A DNA stretch of 64,000 nucleotides, from positions 33,294,375 through 33,358,374 of the forward strand of contig NC_068981.1 in the NCBI RefSeq assembly GCF_001194135.2, given 5' to 3'. The notes under the pieces were generated by a model. That model had not been told where the DNA came from and did no database searches. It worked only from the letters and a program-made list of their open reading frames with translations. A program made the translations under genes and the position numbers. Positions 40,000-51,750 of this stretch are shown here, one piece after another. How positions within the stretch are numbered: the first letter of the stretch is position 1; each line of letters begins with the position of its first letter. This DNA is from Octopus bimaculoides. Lineage: Eukaryota.

Positions 40000-40330
40000 A
40001 AAGTTGCTGTGTAACTGAGACTTGTGCTTCACGACTGTGTTTCCAGATTCAGTCCCACTACATGGTACACTGGACAAGTGTTGGTCATTGTCTTGAGAGC
40101 GAATTTGACTGATGGAAACTTTCTCTCTCTCTCTCTCTGCGTGTGTATGTTAGTCTTACACAGTTTGACAACCATCGTAGGTTTGTTTACTTCCCCCAAA
40201 TGTTGTGGTTTGGTAAAAAGTGACTGACAGAATTAGAACCAAACTTAAAAGAAGTACTGAGATCAATTTGACTAACTAAACTTTTCATGACAGTAGCCCA
40301 GCAAGGCTGCAGTTCAATGAGTGAAACAAA
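40000..40330 (+). mobile_element. SINE family A, old copy
   Basis: Diverged head (TTCAGTCCCACTACATGGTACAC) and tail. Confidence 0.6.
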
Positions 40331-40807
40331 AAAAAAGGAATAAAAAATAATGTACTAATCCACAAAAATTTAACATATTTTATATTACAAAAATTACCAA
40401 GTTTTATAAAATTTTTACCAGGTTAGAATTTCTGCAATTTAATAACCAGTTGGTATCTATTATCAATAAATTCATACAATTTATCAGCATCGTTTTTCAC
40501 CTATTCCTTGTTGCTTGCATGAGAAAAATTTTGAATATTCAACTAGTGTTGTAATAATTATTGCAGACAATTCTTGTTTCCTTTAGGCTGGTCTATGTTC
40601 TTTTAACCTTCTTAATTTAATTCTACATTACAGATTATATATATCCAATATCACCTGTTCAACTAGTTTTCAGTCATCTTTTTCACTGCATACTGGCCCA
40701 AAGAAATTTATTTCTCAGTATTGCAAAAAGAAGATCCAATATTTTTAAATGAATTATTGTTATCATTATTATACAATTATTGTTATCATTATTATACAAT
40801 TTAATAA

Positions 40808-41253
40808 GGCAGCAAGCTGGCAGAATCATTAGCAAGCCGGGCAAAATGTTCACTGGTATTTTGTGTCTTTACGTTCAGAGTTCAAATTCCGCTGAGGTCA
40901 ACTTTGCCTTTCATCCTTTCGTGGTCAATAAAATAGGTACAGGTTAAGCACTGGAGTCGATGTAATTGACTAGCCACTTCCCCACAAAATTTCAGGCCTT
41001 GTACTTATACTAGAAAAAGGATTATTACACAATTTAATAAGGTGGTGAGCTGGCGGAATCATTACTGCACTAAACAAAGTGCTTAGCAGCCTTTTATCTG
41101 TTTTTACATTTTGAGTTCAAATTCTGCTGAGGTTGACTTTGCCTTTCATCTTTTTGGAGTCAATAAATTAAGGATCAGCTGAACATTGGTGTTGATGTAA
41201 TTGATTTGGCCCCTTCCCCAAAAATGTCAGGCTTTGAGCCTATAGCAGAAAGG
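40808..41253 (+). mobile_element. Two tandem SINE family B copies (40808-41020, 41041-41253)
   Basis: Two head-to-tail ~213-bp copies bounded by three copies of ATTATTA(T/C)ACAATTTAA(TAA). Confidence 0.85.
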
Positions 41254-41501
41254 ATTATTATACAATTTAACTCCTGTTCCTCTGTGGGTGAGTCTCATTG
41301 TATACATAGGGAATTGGAATGGAACCAATCAGGAGCAAAGTACAACACAAAAATAGGGAATGAGAGAACAAATGATTAAATTAAAAATCAAAGGAACACT
41401 AAATAATATATGAACACTCAATGATATATGAACACTAAATGATATATGAGGTAGGTACACAAAAATGATATATGGGATTATTAAATAAAAAAAAAACAGT
41501 A

Positions 41502-41846
41502 GGCGTAGGAGTGGCTGTGTGGTAAGTAGCTTGCTTACCAACCACATGGTCCCGGATTCAGTCCCACTGCATGGCATCTTGGGTAAGTGTCTTNNNNNNN
41601 NNNNNNNNNNNNNNNNNNNNNNGTGTTTGCATGTCTGTGTCTGTCCCCCCAACATCGCTTGACAACCGATGCTGGTGTGTTTATGTCCCCGTAACTTAGC
41701 GGTTCGGCAAAAGAGACCGATAGAATAAGTACTAGGCTTCCAAAGAATAAGTCCTGGGGTCGATCTGCTCGACTAAAGGCGGTGCTCCAGCATGGCCACA
41801 GTCAAAAGACTGGAACAAGTAAAAGAGTAAAAATAGTAAAAGAGTA
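41502..41846 (+). mobile_element. SINE family A, young copy (gap 41594-41622)
   Basis: Head and tail near-identical to the 56049 copy. Confidence 0.88.
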
Positions 41847-42589
41847 TTTGCTTTTAAGAGACAATATAAACTGTTTAATATATTAAACAATGAATTTTCA
41901 GAAATATTTAATAACAGTTTCGTGCTTGCACAGCCACTGTTCTCTTAATGGGACATCGCATTGTGCATGACATGTGACATAGTCTATGAAGCTGAGTTAC
42001 CTGGTACTTTCAATATGACTCATAAGGTATGTTCATGATGCTACAAGCATCCAGTATATAAGCAATATAACAGTGTAATAATGATTAGTATAATTGTTCA
42101 ATCAGCAAGCAATGCACGGATCAACTCCTGTCAGATATTACCACACTTTTCTTTTTGCCCTCTGTTTGCATAGTAGTTGATATTGATTTGTATAAAAATC
42201 CTAACAATTGATATGTACATACATATAAGCATGCACACACACATTCATAGATACATATATTCACATATTGAAGCATACATATGATGCAAAAACACTCAGT
42301 GGATGATGAAGCACGAAGTAATGAATGATACAAAGTGTGTTCATTGGTGAGGTGATAACAGTTGAAGAGACAAAGGATAGACAAAGCTCACTGGTGAATC
42401 AGTAAACACAAAATGACATCTTTCAAATGTTTAGAATATTCAGCAGAAGTAGTTAATCACTCCTATGGTACCTATATAGCAACAGTAAAGGCATGGTGGC
42501 CAGGGTAAGGACAGGGTGAAAGAAATTTAAGGAGCTATTACTTCTGTTCGCAACAAAAGGTTTCTGTTTCCAAGTGAACAGCTAACTAT

Positions 42590-42840
42590 AAGACACTTTT
42601 GCATGAAGTGTGATGTTGCTTAGTAGAAGGAGATGGATGGTGAATATAGAGAATGTGCAAAGGTTGGAAACAAATGAGATGTATGTGCTGTGATGCATTT
42701 TTAATATCAGCTTGCATGAATTATGGAACACAGATAAGTTGTGAGAAAAAAATGGGTATCAGAGAAATCAGCAGTGATGTGCAAGAAAGAAGACCACACT
42801 GGCATGGAAAAACCAATGTGTCTGACGGATGGTAAGTGGG
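42590..42840 (+). mobile_element. Decayed RTE relic
   Basis: KMGIREISSDVQERRPHWHG and upstream QRLETNEM resemble the RTE post-RT region (LGIR.I...VQERRLRWYGHV). Confidence 0.5.
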
Positions 42841-43913
42841 TGGGGAAGTAAAAAACAATCTAAGTGAAAGAAGCTTGCAGAAGAAGAAAAATGAAGAAGA
42901 CATGAGATGAAGAGGTGAAAAACTCATCTCAGAATGCTGATCCTCACAAACAACTGAAGTACTCAATATGCTTGAAAACAGCATCCAAATTTACCTGGAC
43001 TCACATCCTATGTTAAGAAAAGAGGATACATTGGATATGGGGCTGTAAATACTATATACCAGGAAATATGGGGTGGTCCCAATTAGAATCCCTTTGATCA
43101 TAGAAATATTGACCAAGATCCGCAAGAACTAAACAACAATAACAGCAACAACAAGATGAAATTTTGATTTGTAGCATAGGTAAGGTATAAGATCAAAAAT
43201 TTTGGAGAATAGGTATAAATGAATAAATCAACCACAGAACTTGATGGGCATAATTTTATTGATCTCAAAAAGATGTAAAGCAAAGCCAAACTCAGTGAGA
43301 TTTGAACTGAGAAAGGGTGTAATACCACATGGCATACTGTCTGGTGATTTACCATTTCTACTATCCACCACCTTTGTTGTATGAGAAAATGAAGTCAAGC
43401 CTATTATACAGAGGAGAAAAACTAAAATTATGGAGAAGTTATATATTCAATCGCTGCAGATAATCACAAGCAAGTTATGTGTTAATGTATTCCCCCTTCT
43501 CTATGATAAAATGATTAGTTTACAACATCTGAAAAAGATGCTGTCCCTGAAAACATTTATGATATGTAAATAAAGAAATAAATACCAACGCTTGCATTGA
43601 TATTTCATAAAATTACAATTGCTAACATTTCTATTCTCCATAAAGATGATTTAAACAGCAGGGGGTTCGGGGTGATGAGGCATCTATTCTATTGTCTGAA
43701 AACTCATTATTAGTTGAACTCTTGCCTTTGGTATTGTGTACATCTTCACTTCTTCATCTTTTTTTTTTTTTTAAGTAATGTTAGTAGAAGCACTCCCACT
43801 TCATGGTTGGATAATTAGAATGAAGGTCAAGCCAACTTTGAAGCTCATGCTCTACAAACTCATGTAGATATTCAACTTTGTTGAACCCTCTAACTGATAA
43901 AAGCATGAAAAAA

Positions 43914-43952
<39 letters not shown>

Positions 43953-44037
43953 ATATATATATGTATGTATGCATGTATGCATAAATATTTATATATACAT
44001 GTATATGCATATATATATGTGTTTGTGTGTATATGTC

Positions 44038-44078
<41 letters not shown>

Positions 44079-45888
44079 TCCCTCTCATATATATATATAT
44101 ATATTTATGTGTGTGTATTTATATATATATGAAATATAACCCATGCCAGCATGGAAGGCAGACGTTAAACGATGATGATGACATGTGTGCGTGCACATAC
44201 ACACACACACACACATATATATTCTTATCAATTTAGGCCATTGATAAGAAGGGAGAAGCAATGTAGTGTCTAACAGTATATAAAGAACAATCTAAAACTA
44301 TAAAATATATTGTTTATTGTAACTGAAATAAAGATGAAAGTGATGCTGTATAAAGAGATAACTTCAAATGGCTGGTTCTTTTTTTTTAATAGTGAATTTA
44401 TAAAACTGTCTTTGATAGAGAGCTGCAGTTAAGCACTAAATACAAATTAGAAACAATCGTTAGCATAAAGATATGAAATGGAAGTGAAGAGCAATATGTA
44501 AAATAAACATCGATGATTTGTTTGAGGAAAAATAAACATTATATATGTGAGTGACTATTAAATAAAAAAAAAATACATGTATTTTTTTTTTTCAAGAAGT
44601 AGTATAGATTCTTTGATATATTAAGTGATGGAAGTTTAGGGATATTTAATATCAGAAAATTTCTTAGATATATTGAATGTTTTCCCACTGGTTTGTAATT
44701 ATATACATGTTAAAAAAAATGTTCATTTAAAAAGCAAATATCTCTTTTAAAGGACAGGTGGAAATGTTGTGAAGTGGTAAGGATGATGAGTAACATTGAT
44801 TTTGATAATTTCTACACAGACTGTTCAAAGCATTGGTTCCCTACTGACAGAAAAGAAGTTAGAACTATAGTCAAACATTCATGGAAAAGATACTTATTTG
44901 TTAATGCAGGATTCGACAATTTATTCATACAAAGAAAAGATAACAGATTTCGAAGAATTGATTTTGAAATTACATTAACTTGTATGTTAGAAGTCTATAA
45001 TGTTATAAATATAAGAAAGTGAGGAACAGACATATATGCATAATGATAATAATCATCCTCATTATTATCATCGTCATCATTGTTTTAAGATCTACTTTTT
45101 CATGCTTGCATGGGTTGAAGTGAATTTTTTGAAATGGATTTTCTGTAGCCAGATACTTTACCTGTTACCAACCCTCACTTGTTTTCGAGTAAGGTAACAT
45201 TTCCCCATGACCAGACATATTTTCACAGGAATCAAAGGATACCATTTGCATGACAGTGACACTCATTTACAGCTAACATGCAATGTCAAGGCAAGAGACA
45301 GTAACACACATATACATATCTATATATATGAATGGCAATTTCTGTCTGTCTGCCTGTCTGTTACCATCTTAGTGCCTAAACCAGCAAACCAATGTTCACA
45401 AAACTTTACATATATGTTACACTAACATCCAGTTCAATAATAGGCTAATTGGATTTCAATAAAAATTTATAATGTGCTCCCATTGGGTGAATTATGTGAT
45501 AAAACGAGAAGGTTGCAAAAAGTATTAGTCTGAGGTAAAGGTAGTAACAGAGAGAGGGGGATTTATATCAGTGAAGGCAAGAACAGCAGTGGCAATGAGA
45601 TGGTATATACACACGACACTGCATACATACTTTCGTAAATACTTTCGTAAATACATAGATACAATACACTCACATACTTAGAAAGGGGAGTGTAAGGAAT
45701 ATGTAGCTTTAAGGAGTGAGGGGTACGTGGCTTTACTGCACTCCATTACAAAGAAACACTTGCACACAGACACACACACACACACACATACATACATACA
45801 TGTATGTACATACATACATACATACATGTCTACTATACACCATTTTAAACTCGTGATTACCTGTGTGTACGTTTGTAAACGTGTGTGT

Positions 45889-45960
45889 GTATGCACGTGG
45901 CCATGTGTGTGTGTATGCGCGTGGCCATGTGTGTGTGTATGCGCGTGGCCATGTGTGTGT
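45889..45960. repeat. 24-bp tandem repeat, 3 copies
   Basis: GTATGC(A/G)CGTGGCCATGTGTGTGT repeated. Confidence 0.85.
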
Positions 45961-46532
45961 GTGTGTGACGTCCTATAACTGTCTGTCTCTACTTTTGTAG
46001 GGTCTTCCCTGTTGCTATCACATATTGCAAAATTTTAAAATTACATCAAAATTTCCAAATTTGGTATATTGAAATACTTTTTCGCGTTAAATCCAATTTT
46101 GTTATTTATTTGGTCCAGAAAAGTTGCAGAAAACTGTTACTGGAGTTTAAAGCTTAATCAATTTTTACCTAATCAGAAAATAGGATTTGGAAGCTGGCAT
46201 TTTCTGCATGATAGCTAACATTTTCTGCATGATAGCTGTCTATCATGAAATGAAAGCAAAATCATTAGGGGAGGAATTTTTATTAAACAAATAAAAGCAA
46301 AGTATTATGACGACCAAAGTTGTAAGAACTTCTGAAGTTTTAATGAATTAAGACGTGTGAAATGGTTGAACAGACATGTAAATAATTTAAAAAGGAAAAA
46401 AAAATCCTCAAGAAAGTCTTTTGGCGAAAAATTGCACAAATCTGTCCTGATCAAGAGGTCTATCTCTTGGGGAAGGCAGGCTCTGATATGGAATAAATGA
46501 AAATTTATATGAGAAATTCTATTGTAAAAATT

Positions 46533-46560
46533 ATCTGGCAATGACGGGCTATTCAGCTAG
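46533..46560 (+). mobile_element. Helitron-like 3' terminus
   Basis: ATCTGGCAATGACGGGCTATTCAGCTAG|T is a CpG-decayed short GC hairpin followed by CTAG before T. The 5' end was not identified. Confidence 0.4.
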
Positions 46561-46578
46561 TATTTATATATATCTATA

Positions 46579-46615
<37 letters not shown>

Positions 46616-47405
46616 NNNNNNNNNNNNNNNNNNNNNNNNNNNNNNNNNNNNNNNNNNNNNNNNNNNNNNNNNNNNNNNNNNNNNNNNNNNNNNNNNNNNN
46701 NNNNNNNNNNNNNNNNNNNNNNNNNNNNNNNNNNNNNNNNNNNNNNNNNNNNNNNNNNNNNNNNNNNNNNNNNNNNNNNNNNNNNNNNNNNNNNNNNNNN
46801 NNNNNNNNNNNNNNNNNNNNNNNNNNNNNNNNNNNNNNNNNNNNNNNNNNNNNNNNNNNNNNNNNNNNNNNNNNNNNNNNNNNNNNNNNNNNNNNNNNNN
46901 NNNNNNNNNNNNNNNNNNNNNNNNNNNNNNNNNNNNNNNNNNNNNNNNNNNNNNNNNNNNNNNNNNNNNNNNNNNNNNNNNNNNNNNNNNNNNNNNNNNN
47001 NNNNNNNNNNNNNNNNNNNNNNNNNNNNNNNNNNNNNNNNNNNNNNNNNNNNNNNNNNNNNNNNNNNNNNNNNNNNNNNNNNNNNNNNNNNNNNNNNNNN
47101 NNNNNNNNNNNNNNNNNNNNNNNNNNNNNNNNNNNNNNNNNNNNNNNNNNNNNNNNNNNNNNNNNNNNNNNNNNNNNNNNNNNNNNNNNNNNNNNNNNNN
47201 NNNNNNNNNNNNNNNNNNNNNNNNNNNNNNNNNNNNNNNNNNNNNNNNNNNNNNNNNNNNNNNNNNNNNNNNNNNNNNNNNNNNNNNNNNNNNNNNNNNN
47301 NNNNNNNNNNNNNNNNNNNNNNNNNNNNNNNNNNNNNNNNNNNNNNNNNNNNNNNNNNNNNNNNNNNNNNNNNNNNNNNNNNNNNNNNNNNNNNNNNNNN
47401 NNNNN

Positions 47406-47448
<43 letters not shown>

Positions 47449-49138
47449 CTGCAAATCATCACGTGACATTATTTCTCAAACTTTTTCATTAAACATATAC
47501 GGTTTCTTTAAAATGAATTTCTTTCTTATGAATCATCAGGCACACACTGCATTTTGAGTTATAGGAAGGAAATTTAGTTAAAATAAATTATGTACTCTAT
47601 CACATGTTTGGAGGTGCATAGTCATTTATTTGATAAAAATCAAGATTTGAAGATATTTAGTACATGATGTGTGTGTGTGCGCACGCGTATACACACACAC
47701 ATACACACACAGTCCAATTAATGCTAAGCAGGCTGAAACTTGAAAGTCACTGTCAACACTATTCTTGTTAAAGAATGAATATGCATTCCTTCAGTTTAAT
47801 GTAAAATTGTTATAATCATGAATTTACATAAAAACTAACATTCATATATATATATGTATACACACACACACTCGCACATAACCNNNNNNNNNNATATATA
47901 TATGTATACACACACACACTCACACATAACCTATGGAACATATTTCAAGTAATAATTACCAATACATTTAATGTTTATATTTATGAGCATGAAAAACATT
48001 AAAGTATATGATACACAATTGCGGAGGTATTATAGTTTAATGTATTTTTTTATATATATATTAGTAATTAGATCATTAACTATGTTCTATAAATTCACAT
48101 AGATACTTGAGAGGATATCCATGCTCCTCAATGAACTCAAAATAGGGGATAATTGAGAAAAGCTACTAAATAGCTTAATGTCCATTCACATATCTGTGTG
48201 AAATCATACTATGAATTTAAAGGAGTTAGTTATTCATACACAAGGTAGTTACTGTTTCTATATTGATGAATGCCTTGATGCCACCACATTCATTAGATGA
48301 CACAATAGCCTCAGTTCTTAAACCAGTTTGCTTCACATTGATCTAGACTTCATTTCTATCATATCTAACCTCTTCATCAGCTTCTTAGATATCACCATCA
48401 CCATCACTACCAATAGTTTCAGCTATCCACTTACATCCATTACAAGCACACTGGCTCCTACTCTTATCCTCACTGTTTCTCCAATCTGATCTGAGGCTAC
48501 AGTAAAAGGCATTTGTCCAAAATGCTATGCAGTGGAATCAAACCCTGAATATCTTGGTTTTAAAGCAAACTTCTAACTAACTAGCCATACACCCATACAG
48601 ACAAATATAGGCATATATGCATACAGGCACCTGAACAGATACTTACACATACATTAACACATACATTTATAAATATATACACACATACACATATGTATGC
48701 ACACATATTCCTATATATATAGGTATATATATCATATATATATATATATATATATATAGATGATAGATTTACCTGTAGTTGCCACAACTCTAGCACATCT
48801 GGGCACCTCAGATTGTAACACTGTACTGGTAAAACTGAATGTTCCTGTCTACCAGGACAAGCCATACAAGAGAAAATAGGATGTTAACACAATGTAGTGA
48901 GTCAAGAAATTTTTGTTAACTAAAGATCACATCCAAAATGAGGAAAAAAGAAAATAATTATCTTAATAATTCATTCTAGTCAAGAAGGACAGAGGAGGCA
49001 ACTCATAATTAAAATTAACTGAAATGAATTAAAAGCAGAATGCCATGTGGATTAGGTTAGAGGAAAGACATATATATGAGCTAAAACTAGTCCTACAAAA
49101 GAGCAAACTTTCAAGACATGCATCAACACCTTAAATTA

Positions 49139-49210
49139 ATTCTTCACGGTAAAAAAATCCAAAGATTCTTCAAGGTAAAAAAATCCTAAAATTCTTCAAG
49201 GTAAAGAATC
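49139..49210. repeat. 26-bp tandem repeat, about 3 copies
   Basis: ATTCTTCA(C/A)GGTAAAAAAATCC units at 49139, 49165 and 49191. Confidence 0.8.
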
Positions 49211-49699
49211 ATAAGAAGTCAGGTGAAAAGAACGGTTTTATGACAAATACAGAAAAGTCTCCAGAAGGAAAGATCATCTACTTTAATAGAAGAAGAGTAA
49301 TACGGTAAAAGAACATCAGAAAATTGTTGGAACCAAGCAGAATCAAGGAAGGAAAGGCAAGACTGAGAAAAGATCTGATGACAATATTAACAGCAAGAAT
49401 TAGCAAAGCAACATATATACTGTCTCTGGAAAAACAGGTTCTCAACCATATTCTTATCACTGAACATAATGTAACTACATGTTGAACAGCCAAAAGCAAA
49501 AGCCATTATCATCTACTAAGTATTTCTAGAAATGTATCACACATAACTTGAGGATAACCAATCACTAAACATTAGGCAATCTGATTCAGTGTTGTATCTT
49601 CTGATATAGTGCTATATGTTTTGATGTAATATTGTATCATCAGATATAATGGTGTATCTCCTTATAAAATATTGTATTTTCTGGTCTTATGCTATATTT

Positions 49700-50400
49700 T
49701 TAAAAATATTACCGAAAGTGGGCACCAGTTTTGATCATCAAAATCCAGTTAAAGATTTGAAGAAATACCACAAAGAATTAGCTAACCCTCTATATCATTC
49801 ATCTCACCTCTCCTTTATTTGTGACACTCTCAGATCAATAGAAGATTGCCTCTGTGATACTTATACACAGGAGAGATTTCAGAGTTGATTCATCAAACTA
49901 ATAACCAATATCATTATCAAAGTAATGGAAGCAGCAGTCAATAAATAAAGAACAACAAGGCTTCTTGCTTAAAAACCAATTTATTTCTAGAAAGCAATTT
50001 GGCTTCTGACCAAACCAAAATATAGTAGATCCCATTACCATTTCTCAAACCTGGAACATTTACCAAGACAAAAGTAAAAAAATATGTAACATAGCCCTAG
50101 CTATCAAAGATGTTTTTGACAGAGTCTGATACAATAGATTATGGGCCAAACTAAAATCCAAAGTCATATGCAGGCAGCAGCTAAAGTGATTACAAAACTT
50201 TTTAGTAGGATGTATGCTAAAGTTCCTATTTTAGGTCACATCTTTGGTATGTCCTCTATCAATAGACAAGGCTTGCAAAGTTCAACACTTGGTTTCTGTT
50301 CTCAGTTTCCATACATGATCTGGTCAATGCCTGTGAAAATCAACAGTACTTTTACACTAAATATTCCATGCTGTTAGCACCAAAATGGCCATCAAGTAAA
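49700..50400 (+). mobile_element. Decayed CR1/Jockey-like LINE reverse transcriptase
   Basis: KELANPL, SKVMEAAV, FISRKQFGF*P, CNIALAIKDVFDRV*YNRLWAKLKS and SIHDLVNACEN match RT motifs (QFGFR, LDIKGAFDKVWH, IDDL) with many stops. Confidence 0.75.
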
Positions 50401-50421
50401 AATGAGGTGACAGTAAAGCTT

Positions 50422-50965
50422 TGTTAAGCTATACGCAAACAAACTAGTGGAAACGAGAATACATTTATCAAAGGTTTATTACTTTATGTACATCAGGGCT
50501 TAAGTCACCAGTTATTTCTGTTTAGTTCCTTCAGATTCGTTTCACACCCACTATTGACATTCTTTTTGTTTTCCTTCCCCTACTGGAAGTCCCTTTTGTT
50601 TTTTCTGCAGACCAATTTCCTAACTAGCCTGCAGTGAAGTTTCTGTCTACAGTTCGTCTGTCACGAATCCTGCCCTACATAGCTCCCTACCAGAACTGTT
50701 GACAGTCATTGGAAACAGGAAGGTGTTTTAATTGTCCTGCCTATGCGTGTGGTTACTCGGTTCTTTGGTGACTGTTCCTTGTCAAGGGTTGGTGTGATCT
50801 GTCTAGGATGGCCCCTGTTTGGTGGCTGGGCCACCTGAATGGGGCTGTCAATATCGAGATGGGCTGGTTTCAATCTATTGATGGAGACTGTGTCTTGTCG
50901 TCCACCAATTAGGAGTTGGAATGTTTTATCTCCCGGATGTATGACTTGATATGGACCATCATGGA
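50422..50965 (-). mobile_element. Gypsy-type LTR retrotransposon stub: integrase C-terminus, PPT and 3' LTR
   Basis: Minus strand 50965-50706 reads HDGPYQVIHPGDKTFQLLIGGRQDTVSINRLKPAHLDIDSPIQVAQPPNRGHPRQ...VTTRIGRTIKTPSCFQ* (GPY...VSIDRLKPA and TRSGR motifs). It is followed by purine-rich GGTAGGGAG, then TGTAGGG at 50679 (LTR start) and AATAAA at 50480-50475. The LTR end at 50422 is tentative. Confidence 0.8.
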
Positions 50966-51202
50966 GTTGTCCATATTTGTTTCATTTCTCTGTTTTGTGC
51001 GTTTGTGCATCCGTAGATTTCTACCACACACACACATAGCCAATAATTAAAAAAGTTCAAACGGGGAATTATTCCATTCAATATCATGTTTACTATAGAG
51101 ATTATGTAACAAATCATACTTTACACTTCTATATTTAACTGTGCGTGTATATTATTTATTTCTCCTTCTGGTGTCTTCTGCCTTTCTATTAGAAACGTTT
51201 AC

Positions 51203-51750
51203 CTGGGTATTTACTTAAACTGAATGAAAGATCGTATGCAACAGATAAATCATCTTAATAACATATTTCTGTGTACCAGACCTTTAGCTGTTATTTTTAG
51301 CATACCGAGTTTTCTGGTGAGGGTTTCATTTGCCTTCATTGCCCGTTTGTTGCTTCAGTAGAAATCTACAGACCCACAAATGCACAAAACAGAGAAACTG
51401 AAACAAATGTGGACGACTTGTTCCGATACACCTCCGAGTGGGGAACAGTTCTCAAAAATAACCCCTAATTGTTTTCCCGCAAAATTCCTGTGTTCTCGGA
51501 ATCTACATAGTCCGAAGTATATTTGTAGGGAATTTCATTAAAAAATATCCATTTTCTTGAAAGTGGACGCCAGTGAATTTTCTGAAATTCCCCACTCCAC
51601 CCCCTCCTACAACACTTTTCCCCACAAGTTTGGTATATTCGGAATCTACATGATATAACACATATTCGTAGAAAATTGCATTAAAAATATCCATTTTTCT
51701 GAAAGTTATGATCATCCAAAGTCGGGGGTGGGGGCAGAAATCTGTAGTTA
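51203..51750 (-). promoter_or_regulatory. Candidate first (non-coding) exon and promoter of PQLC1
   Basis: Locally CpG-retaining unique sequence in otherwise CpG-poor DNA. Good donor CAG|GTAAAC at 51202-51201, with an in-frame TAA 12 nt upstream, consistent with a 5'UTR. Inferred only; no transcript evidence. Confidence 0.35.
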
